A stretch of DNA of 32,000 bases, from NCBI GenBank assembly GCA_964013565.1, contig CAXGWU010000008.1, forward strand, positions 30,950 to 62,949, given 5' to 3'. Positions 17,816 to 24,821 of the stretch are shown one piece after another. Source of the DNA: an uncultured Oligoflexia bacterium (GTDB lineage: Bacteria; Bdellovibrionota; UBA1018; UBA6935). Made by a program: the position numbers and the translations under genes. A model generated the notes under the pieces. That model saw only the letters and a list, made by a program, of their open reading frames with translations, made no database searches and was not told where the DNA came from. Positions within the stretch are counted from its first letter, which is position 1. Each line of letters opens with the position of its first letter.

Positions 17816-19012
17816 GTGAATCTTTTGACGAATGAGGAGCAAAAATTAAAGAGAAATATTCTGGATTCCGAACAGCTCTATGAGATGAAAGTATTGGATT
17901 CATTCAAATCACTGTTAGGAAAGTTTAAAAAGGAAAAGTCTGAAGACTCTACAGACGCTCCTGTATCTAAAAAACAAAAAATAAAAAAGGTTTTTTGGGT
18001 GACTGGAAGTTTTGTGGTAGCGATTACTTCTGGGGTTTTTGTTTATTCAATGTTCTCTAAAACTCCTCCTACCGTTTCTTCTGAAGAGCATGATGAGCTT
18101 TTAGTAGATCATCGCGGGGATCATTCAAGAGACCTTGCTTCTCATAAAGAACAGCACCCCACTTTAATGGGGCGTTTTGCGAATGCCTTTCTTTCTATTC
18201 AGTCCAAAGTGAATATGATGCAAACAGCTTTGGAAGAAAATCGTAAACTTCAAATTGAGAATATGAACCTGAGACGTTGGGCAGAGGGGATGCGATACGA
18301 GTGTACGGCACAGACCTCTGAAAGTGAAACTCATCGGTTAGGAACTCGTTTGAATCATGAGACAGGGATGAGAATTGGGAGAGCAATTGCGAGTATTCCT
18401 TATACAGCTCCAGGTCATTTATTACCTGAACAGCTTCAAACGTTAGCAGTTTCTTATTTTAAAGCTTCAGAGTTTGAAAAATCTGCAGTGATTTTTTCAT
18501 TTTTAACGGGGATGGACGAAAACGACGACTTTAAAACGACTAAAGAGTTTGTGATGACTGCTGTTTCTTGGTATCGGTTAGATAATTTTAAAATAGCTGA
18601 CTATTATCTAGAACAAGCGTTAAAAACAGAGACTACAAAAGAAAATTTAAAATATAAAGCTCATGCTCGTTTGTGGAAAGCACTCGTCATGGAGAAGCTC
18701 GATGATCATGAACAATCTCAGTTTTGGTTAAGAGAGTTGATTGATTATCATCCAAGATCGGTTGAGTCTTCTTGGGTCAATTCCTTTGCGTCTGGAAAAC
18801 GATCTCCTGCAAGTCATTCAGAATCTAAGAAAGAAGAGCATTCAAAAGATGCACATCCGTCAGAGGAGAAAAAAATAGTCACTGAAGAGCGGCATATGGA
18901 GCCTGACTCTCATCATAGTCACCAAGAAAAGATGAACACTCATTCTTCACATGAAGTGAAGGAGAGTTCAAATTCACACCACGGAGAAGGTCATGAAAGT
19001 GCTCATCACTAA
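17816..19012 (+). CDS. Membrane-anchored TPR-like protein with a His-rich C-terminal tail
   Basis: GTG start. One TM segment (VFWVTGSFVVAITSGVFVYSMF), a coiled-coil segment (ENRKLQIENMNLRRW), then TPR-like helices (WYRLDNFKIADYYLEQALK). The last ~70 aa carry many His (SHHSHQEK...SHHGEGHESAHH). Confidence 0.55.
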   Translation: MNLLTNEEQKLKRNILDSEQLYEMKVLDSFKSLLGKFKKEKSEDSTDAPVSKKQKIKKVFWVTGSFVVAITSGVFVYSMFSKTPPTVSSEEHDELLVDHRGDHSRDLASHKEQHPTLMGRFANAFLSIQSKVNMMQTALEENRKLQIENMNLRRWAEGMRYECTAQTSESETHRLGTRLNHETGMRIGRAIASIPYTAPGHLLPEQLQTLAVSYFKASEFEKSAVIFSFLTGMDENDDFKTTKEFVMTAVSWYRLDNFKIADYYLEQALKTETTKENLKYKAHARLWKALVMEKLDDHEQSQFWLRELIDYHPRSVESSWVNSFASGKRSPASHSESKKEEHSKDAHPSEEKKIVTEERHMEPDSHHSHQEKMNTHSSHEVKESSNSHHGEGHESAHH

Positions 19013-20042
19013 TGTAATTTGTTTTCTTATTGGGGTGAGTGTTTACGCTTCTGAACCTTTGACCCCCCAGCAAAGAAAAGTGAACTGTGCAACTCTTAAA
19101 GCATTTCAGGGAGATGTTCAGATTTTAGATGCTGGTCGGCAAAATTTAATTGATACTGATGTGAATCAATCGATTCCATGTGGAGGATGGATTTCTGTCC
19201 GAAAGGGTTCAGCGATTCTTCATCATCGACAAGGATTTGATCTTAAGCTTTCTCCTCAAACTTTTATTGAAATTTTTGATAATGAAAAAAACGTTCATAA
19301 AACTTCGGATGACCATGTAATTGTCTACAAGGGAAAGGTTTATGTCGTTTCGAAAGGTCACTCTGGAGAGGTTAGGCTTCTTTCTCCAAATGCTCGTATG
19401 CGTATTGAAACTGGAGAAGGAATTTTTCTTTATAGTCAATGGAACGAAGAGTCTCAGCTTTTAATGTTGAAAAATACCGCTACTATTGAGAATCGATATG
19501 CGGGTGATGTAAAAATTAAAGTTTCTCCAGGGGAAGCTTCTTCTTTGAATTTTAAAAACATGAGAGTTGTCCCTTCTGATCCAAAAGCAGTTCAAGTTTC
19601 TTCGATTAAAGATCAGCTTCTTGACTTGCCTCTAGATTTTGAAGAGATGGAAACCGCTCTTAATGTTGTGAAAAAAAGAAGTCAAAGAAAGTTTGCAGCG
19701 AAACTTTACGAAAGAAAAAAAGGAAAACGTTTTTCTTGGGCAGCTCAGAAAAAAGGTCCAAAAGACTTTACTATGAAATATGGGAGACAAAGAGTTATTA
19801 AAAAAGACCGCTATGCGGAGAATTTATTAATTCAGAGACTGACTGGAGGAAGAAAAGATGGAAAAGAATATATCTATCCTTCAGTTGAGCATGGAAGTAA
19901 AAAGACAAAAATATCGAGACTACCTGCTTCCGTAAAGGTAAAAGATCCTTTAGAGCGAATTAAAAGAAAAGATCAAATTGAAGAAAGTGAAGAAAAGAAA
20001 AGGCTGATGAAAGAATTATCAGCAATTAAGTTTGAACGTTAA
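18993..20042 (+). CDS. Secreted FecR-domain-like protein with a Lys-rich C-terminus
   Basis: Signal peptide MKVLITNVICFLIGVSVYA. GDVQILDAG...GGWISVRKGSAILHHRQGFDLKLSPQTFIEI resembles the FecR/LipL45-type beta-sandwich pattern. Overlaps the upstream gene by 20 nt. Confidence 0.45.
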   Translation: MKVLITNVICFLIGVSVYASEPLTPQQRKVNCATLKAFQGDVQILDAGRQNLIDTDVNQSIPCGGWISVRKGSAILHHRQGFDLKLSPQTFIEIFDNEKNVHKTSDDHVIVYKGKVYVVSKGHSGEVRLLSPNARMRIETGEGIFLYSQWNEESQLLMLKNTATIENRYAGDVKIKVSPGEASSLNFKNMRVVPSDPKAVQVSSIKDQLLDLPLDFEEMETALNVVKKRSQRKFAAKLYERKKGKRFSWAAQKKGPKDFTMKYGRQRVIKKDRYAENLLIQRLTGGRKDGKEYIYPSVEHGSKKTKISRLPASVKVKDPLERIKRKDQIEESEEKKRLMKELSAIKFER

Positions 20043-20066
20043 AAAAGCCCTCAAGGAGAGAGAGCA

Positions 20067-20639
20067 ATGAAAATAAAAAAACTGTCTTTATGGATAGGAA
20101 TAGTTCTATTATTTGAATCAGTTTCTGCCAGTGCAGGAATATTCGAGTATTCTGTCGGATTCTCTTTTTATAAAAGTCGATTTTCTGAAGAGTCATTTAA
20201 TTGGACACGCGCTTGGAGAACGTCTGTAGGGTACCATTTTACAGATTTTTCAGGGATAGAGCTTTCGTTTCAAGATTTAACCAATCGAACAAAAGTTTTT
20301 AACTCCGAAGATATTATGACTCATGATTTAGTTTATAGTTTGAATTGGATTCAACAGTTTGTTCCCAGTGACTGGATCTTTAGACCTTATGGAAAATTAG
20401 GATTAGGGCAGACAAACCGTCAAGTTGAAGGAACGGTGATTGACTCAGGAACCTCACAGAGTATTGCTTTTAGGCAAAAGATCAATGCTGTGACTATTGT
20501 CATGAGTCTGGGTTTTAAGTTATTCTTACTTAAAAATATTGCGATTCGAAATGAATTTAGCAGTCAATTAGTAAAAGGAAGCATCCGAAATTGGGACGAC
20601 AATATCAACTTCACCATTGGGGCATCGGTCTATTTTTAG
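20067..20639 (+). CDS. Small outer-membrane beta-barrel protein (OmpA-N/OmpX-like)
   Basis: Signal peptide ending SASA, alternating aromatic/hydrophilic strands, and a C-terminal GASVYF (terminal Phe OMP signature). Confidence 0.6.
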   Translation: MKIKKLSLWIGIVLLFESVSASAGIFEYSVGFSFYKSRFSEESFNWTRAWRTSVGYHFTDFSGIELSFQDLTNRTKVFNSEDIMTHDLVYSLNWIQQFVPSDWIFRPYGKLGLGQTNRQVEGTVIDSGTSQSIAFRQKINAVTIVMSLGFKLFLLKNIAIRNEFSSQLVKGSIRNWDDNINFTIGASVYF

Positions 20640-21655
20640 TTTTTCAGACCTCTTGCACAACAACTCGTTATTTAATTCAAGCAACACATGGACAGTTTGC
20701 TTTGATGAATCGAGCTCGTCCTATTAATGAAGTTTTAAAAGATGAAAAAACTTCTCCACGTATTCGAAACTTTTTAAAAGAAGTTCCTCGAATTAAGCAA
20801 GCGAGTGAAGACTTTGGATTAAAGCCTACTTCAAATTATAGAGATTATGTTCAGCTTGATCGAGATTCTGCTAATTATGTCGTTTCTGCTTCAGAACCTC
20901 TTCGATTTAAGCCCATGATTTGGAGTTTTCCGATTGTGGGTTCGTTTTCTTATTTAGGGTGGTTTAGTTTAGAAGATGCGAAAAGTTTTGCTGAAGACAT
21001 AAAGAAGGATTTTCCTGAGTGGGATGTCTCTATTCGAGGAGCGGGCGCTTATTCGACTTTAGGTTGGTTTACAGATCCCATTCTTTCAACGATGTTTTCT
21101 CAAGGAGAATATGCGATGGGAGATCTTGTGAACGTTGTTTTTCATGAATCAGTTCATGCGACTCTTTATATGAACGATCAATCTTATTTTAATGAAAGCA
21201 TCGCTTCTTTTGCTGCTGATCATATGACTCCACAGTACCTTTCTCGAAGATACGGACAAGATTCAAAAGAGTTTACTTCATATCAAAAACAACAAAAAAA
21301 AAGGCAGATGATCAAAAATCAATTATATGAAGCTTACCGTTCTTTAGAAGCTCTCTATAGTAGCTCTAAAAATGATGAAGAAAAAAAAGAAGAAAAGTTA
21401 AACATTTTAGAGCAATTAAAAAATAAATTAAAAAGTAAGAAAAGTTATAATAATGCTTCTTTAATTCAATATCGAACCTATGGAGTAGGTATGGATTCTT
21501 TTGAGAAGTTGTTTGATACTTGTCAAAAAAAATGGAAAAACTTCTGGCGAGCAATGCATTCTCTAAAAGAAAGTTCTTTTGAGAAAAAGCAAATGGAAGA
21601 CTTTAAGTCTGTGATTCATCCTTATATAATGAATGGGTGTCAAAAAATAAAGTAA
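20591..21655 (+). CDS. Putative zinc aminopeptidase-family lipoprotein (HExxH; DUF-type 'putative aminopeptidase' family)
   Basis: VVFHESVHATLY carries the HExxH motif. The N-terminal C-TTTRYLIQATHGQFALMNRARPINEVL resembles this family's conserved start. TTG start at 20591 with AAGGAAG 9 nt upstream. Overlaps the OMP gene by 49 nt, so the start is uncertain. Confidence 0.6.
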   Translation: MGRQYQLHHWGIGLFLVFQTSCTTTRYLIQATHGQFALMNRARPINEVLKDEKTSPRIRNFLKEVPRIKQASEDFGLKPTSNYRDYVQLDRDSANYVVSASEPLRFKPMIWSFPIVGSFSYLGWFSLEDAKSFAEDIKKDFPEWDVSIRGAGAYSTLGWFTDPILSTMFSQGEYAMGDLVNVVFHESVHATLYMNDQSYFNESIASFAADHMTPQYLSRRYGQDSKEFTSYQKQQKKRQMIKNQLYEAYRSLEALYSSSKNDEEKKEEKLNILEQLKNKLKSKKSYNNASLIQYRTYGVGMDSFEKLFDTCQKKWKNFWRAMHSLKESSFEKKQMEDFKSVIHPYIMNGCQKIK

Positions 21656-21687
21656 ACAGGGCAGACCTGACCATCAGACCTACCCTG
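21641..21687 (-). terminator. Rho-independent terminator for the minus-strand lipoprotein gene
   Basis: The minus strand reads CAGGGTAGGTCTGA-tgg-TCAGGTCTGCCCTG. This is a ~14-bp stem including 3 G-U pairs, so it is strand-specific. It is followed by TTTACTTTATTTTTT and lies 53 nt after the stop at 21740. The U-tract overlaps the 3' end of the convergent peptidase gene. Confidence 0.5.
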
Positions 21688-21739
21688 TGAGGATGAGATA
21701 GCACTCTTTAAAAACTAATCCTAAAATCAGTATTTAAAC

Positions 21740-22480
21740 TTATAAAGGGGTATGAGCGTCCGTTTGGATATGAATCGTCGCTGCGTTTGGCAGTGTGTCT
21801 ACGATAGTTCCATAACGTAGGCTTCGGTAAGCACATCGGTCAGATCCAGCAAGGTTGGTGAATCCACTTGGATAGAAGTTTACAATATAGTTAATATTAC
21901 ACTGATAATTTGTTCTAAATTGATCGACGACCACCTTGATATTCGATCCGCCTCCTGCTCCTAGAGTAGAACTAAAATCAAAAACCGCTTCTGTTGGATA
22001 GTCAGCACAAGTATTTGCCCATGGAGATCCAAGGTAGTTTCCATAACCAGTCACCTGATAAGCAGTTCCATCAGAAACATTTGGGGATTTTAGAGTTACG
22101 GTATGACTTTGACCATTCACCGTTACACGGTACTGATAACATCCGACCTGCTTGTCGGCTCCACCAGAGGTTCCAGTAAAATTAATGGTTCCACTTCCTG
22201 CAGTGATCTTTACTTTGAATGTACTGTCGCTTGAGAACCCTGGGGAAGTCCATTTTGCACCAACAGCAACCCCTTTAATATTGTTAAGCGAATAAGAAGC
22301 AGGTGATAGACCTCCTCCTGTATCTCCACCTCCTGGATCCGTAGGAACGCTTCCAGAGCCTCCAGGGAGGCTATTTTGGTCAGTGGAGCCGAGTTCGGAT
22401 CGAACGGCTCCTCCACATGCCGATAAGGCGATTGTGAGTAATAAAGTAACGATTGGGGTCTTTGTTTTTTTAAAATTCAT
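21740..22480 (-). CDS. Lipoprotein with a Gly-rich linker and a Cys-containing beta-rich domain (hypothetical)
   Basis: ATG at 22480 (MNFKKTKTPIVTLLLTIALSACGG; lipobox LSAC) with AGAGAGGA Shine-Dalgarno upstream. The track's longer start at 22516 is a TTG without an SD. Linker is GGSGSVPTDPGGGDTGGG. Four Cys in the mature domain. Confidence 0.65.
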   Translation of the reverse strand: MNFKKTKTPIVTLLLTIALSACGGAVRSELGSTDQNSLPGGSGSVPTDPGGGDTGGGLSPASYSLNNIKGVAVGAKWTSPGFSSDSTFKVKITAGSGTINFTGTSGGADKQVGCYQYRVTVNGQSHTVTLKSPNVSDGTAYQVTGYGNYLGSPWANTCADYPTEAVFDFSSTLGAGGGSNIKVVVDQFRTNYQCNINYIVNFYPSGFTNLAGSDRCAYRSLRYGTIVDTLPNAATIHIQTDAHTPL

Positions 22481-22583
22481 TTTGCTATCCTCTCTCTTAT
22501 GAGTTGGTTTCCTCAAATCAACTCATTTTCATCTTTCTGTGATGATCTCTCTTTGCTGTCCTTGCCTCTTGAAGGATGTAAAT

Positions 22584-22599
22584 TGCAACCTAGGTGCCA
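22584..22599 (-). promoter_or_regulatory. Sigma-54 -24/-12 promoter core upstream of the Gly-rich lipoprotein gene
   Basis: The minus strand reads aTGGCAC-ctagg-TTGCa, an exact consensus core. Predicted TSS is near 22573, ~93 nt upstream of ATG 22480. Confidence 0.65.
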
Positions 22600-22795
22600 T
22601 ATGACGCACTTGATTTAAAAAAAAGAGATCAAATGCTAGCAATGTAAGGAGAATCTTTATAAGATCAGGACGTTAGTTGGCGGTTTTTTGACAAAAATTC
22701 GTCAGCAAGGAGAGAGAGAGCCTGATTTTTTGTAAATAAATTTGAAGAGCTCTCAATCACCTGTCCAAAGATTAGACACTCTGAGGGGGGTTCTT

Positions 22796-24145
22796 TTGAA
22801 AAAATCATTTGTTCTAGATACCAATGTCATTCTTTTTGATCCGCAAGCAATTCATAAGTTTGGAAGCAATGAAATAGTGATTCCGATGGTCGTTATTGAG
22901 GAAGTGGATCGATTTAAGAGAGATATGAGTGAAAATGGTCGTCATGCACGTCAATTCTCTCGAGCGATGGACGGTTTAAGAGCAAGTGGAGATTTAGCTA
23001 AAGGAGTACAGCTTCCTAATGGTGGGAGTCTGGTTGTTGAGCTGGGAACGTCTGAGTCTATTCTTCCGAGTGAATTGGATATGCATAAGGCAGACAATCG
23101 AATTCTTGCAGTGATTCTTACCTTAAAGAAAGAAAATCCGAGACGACCAGTTGTTTTTGTTACAAAAGATATCAATTTAAGAATCAAAGCAGATGCCCTT
23201 GGAATGCAGGCTCAGGACTACGAGCCTGAAGATCGAGAGCCGGATGAGCTTTATGCTGGTCATCGAACACTTCAAGTCGATGGGGCTTTAGTTGATGAGT
23301 TTTATTCAAATAAACGCTTGTCTTTAAGTGAAGAAATTTGTGAACAAAACTCGGTTAAAATGGCTCATATTTTACCGAACGAATATATGATCATTAAGGA
23401 CAGTGCAAATCCAACCCACACCGCTCTTGCACGATATTCGAAAGAGCTTGAATCCATGGTTCCAATTTATAAACCTGCTGAAGGATTATGGGGGATTTTC
23501 CCGAAAAACGTAGAACAAAGTTTTGCTGTAGATGCGTTGATGAATGATGACATTAAGTTGGTGAGTCTTTTAGGAATGGCCGGTACAGGAAAAACACTTC
23601 TTGCAATTGCTGCAGGACTTGTAAAAACAGTTGATGAAGGTTTTTATCATCGGCTTTTAGTGTCTCGACCTGTTTTTCCTTTAGGAAAAGATATTGGTTT
23701 TTTGCCTGGAGATATTGAAGAAAAGTTGAATCCATGGATGCAACCGATTTACGATAACATTGATTTTTTATTTGGAGCTACCGGATCTAAAGGAAGAAGA
23801 GGGGCAGGAAAAGGGGGCCAAGAGCTGATGAATCAAGGGCTCCTTCAAATTGAACCCTTAACTTATATTCGAGGTCGATCGATTCCCCAGCAGTACTTAA
23901 TTGTAGATGAGAGTCAGAACCTGACTCCACACGAGATTAAAACGATTGTGACTCGAGCTGGAGATGATACTAAAATCGTTCTTACTGGTGATAGTTATCA
24001 AATCGATAATCCATATGTAGATTCAAATAATAATGGATTAGTGTATTTGGTAGAACGTTTTAAAGCAGAATCAATTTCTGCTCATATTTCACTTAAAAAA
24101 GGAGAGCGTTCGAAACTATCAGAACTCGCCAGTCAGCTTCTCTAA
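22796..24145 (+). CDS. PhoH2-type protein: N-terminal PIN domain fused to a PhoH-like ATPase
   Basis: PIN motifs VLDTNVIL, EEVD, DNRIL and TKDINLRIKA. Walker A is GMAGTGKTLLA and Walker B is LIVDESQN. Preferred start is TTG 22796 (MKKSFVLDTNV) with GAGGGGGG 5 nt upstream. The track start TTG 22742 would add 18 aa. Confidence 0.85.
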   Translation: MKKSFVLDTNVILFDPQAIHKFGSNEIVIPMVVIEEVDRFKRDMSENGRHARQFSRAMDGLRASGDLAKGVQLPNGGSLVVELGTSESILPSELDMHKADNRILAVILTLKKENPRRPVVFVTKDINLRIKADALGMQAQDYEPEDREPDELYAGHRTLQVDGALVDEFYSNKRLSLSEEICEQNSVKMAHILPNEYMIIKDSANPTHTALARYSKELESMVPIYKPAEGLWGIFPKNVEQSFAVDALMNDDIKLVSLLGMAGTGKTLLAIAAGLVKTVDEGFYHRLLVSRPVFPLGKDIGFLPGDIEEKLNPWMQPIYDNIDFLFGATGSKGRRGAGKGGQELMNQGLLQIEPLTYIRGRSIPQQYLIVDESQNLTPHEIKTIVTRAGDDTKIVLTGDSYQIDNPYVDSNNNGLVYLVERFKAESISAHISLKKGERSKLSELASQLL

Positions 24146-24450
24146 CGAGAAGCTGCATTGGTCATTTCTTCGAGCTCAAAATGAAGGTGTCTCAGATAGG
24201 AGCGACTCAAAATTTGAAGTTCTTCTGTTTCTGCACTTTCGGATAAAAATTCAAAAAGAATTTTTCCTCGAACAATGAGATCAATTGTGAGTTCACCGAT
24301 TTTTGAACGTTCTTCTTGAAATCGAACCATTTCCTCTAAGAGAGCGACTTTGTCCATTTGGGCGACACGGTCGTAGTACCCCGGGTTGGCTAACGAGGCT
24401 TTTTTGATTTCACGGATGGCTTGCAACGAGATGATGTTTAAGTTCGTCAT
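24142..24450 (-). CDS. Small helical hypothetical protein (102 aa)
   Basis: ORF with ATG at 24450 and a sigma-54 core immediately upstream. The stop overlaps the PhoH2 stop by 4 nt (convergent). I recognise no family. Confidence 0.45.
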   Translation of the reverse strand: MTNLNIISLQAIREIKKASLANPGYYDRVAQMDKVALLEEMVRFQEERSKIGELTIDLIVRGKILFEFLSESAETEELQILSRSYLRHLHFELEEMTNAASR

Positions 24451-24465
24451 GTCAGGCGCCTTATG

Positions 24466-24481
24466 AGCAACTCATGTGCCA
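24466..24481 (-). promoter_or_regulatory. Sigma-54 -24/-12 promoter core upstream of the 102-aa ORF
   Basis: The minus strand reads tTGGCAC-atgag-TTGCt, an exact core preceded by an A7 tract. The GC element is only ~17 nt from ATG 24450, implying a ~5-nt leader. Confidence 0.55.
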
Positions 24482-24654
24482 ACTTTTTTTAAAAGACACT
24501 TCAGAAAAATACTTTGATTTTAAGAAGTTCTGAGTGTGGTTTCACTTTGACTCTGGCTAGCTTTTTAGGAGGTGTCTAAGGTGTGGGCGAATTGAAAGGT
24601 TCCCGTAAATATAGTTGATGTGGATTAAAGAGACATAGGTAAGGACATACAGGC

Positions 24655-24780
24655 TTAGCGCTTTTCGTATACATCCTTCCGATGGCCGATTTTAATGATT
24701 AAGATTTTCAGTTTGCCGCCGTCTCTTTTTTGACGATATCTACGATCTGAGCCATCTTTTTGAAAAAACTCAACTTTCAT
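24655..24780 (-). CDS. Untracked 41-aa ORF with a RelE/ParE-like C-terminal signature (possible toxin remnant)
   Basis: Hand translation gives MKVEFFQKDGSDRRYRQKRDGGKLKILIIKIGHRKDVYEKR. GGAAGG lies 6 nt upstream of the ATG. The ILIIKIGHRKDVY ending resembles the conserved RelE/ParE C-terminus. It is far too short for an intact toxin, and there is no adjacent antitoxin. Confidence 0.3.
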   Translation of the reverse strand: MKVEFFQKDGSDRRYRQKRDGGKLKILIIKIGHRKDVYEKR

Positions 24781-24821
24781 TTGAAACCTTCCGATAGTTC
24801 TTATGAGAAGGAGCGTTCGCT

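Noticed and set aside
24462-24490. Plus-strand hairpin (ATGAG-caa-CTCAT) followed by T7, resembling an intrinsic terminator
   Set aside because: The stem is only 5-6 bp and no plus-strand gene ends nearby. The same bases read on the minus strand form an exact sigma-54 -24/-12 core with an upstream A-tract, which explains the pattern better.
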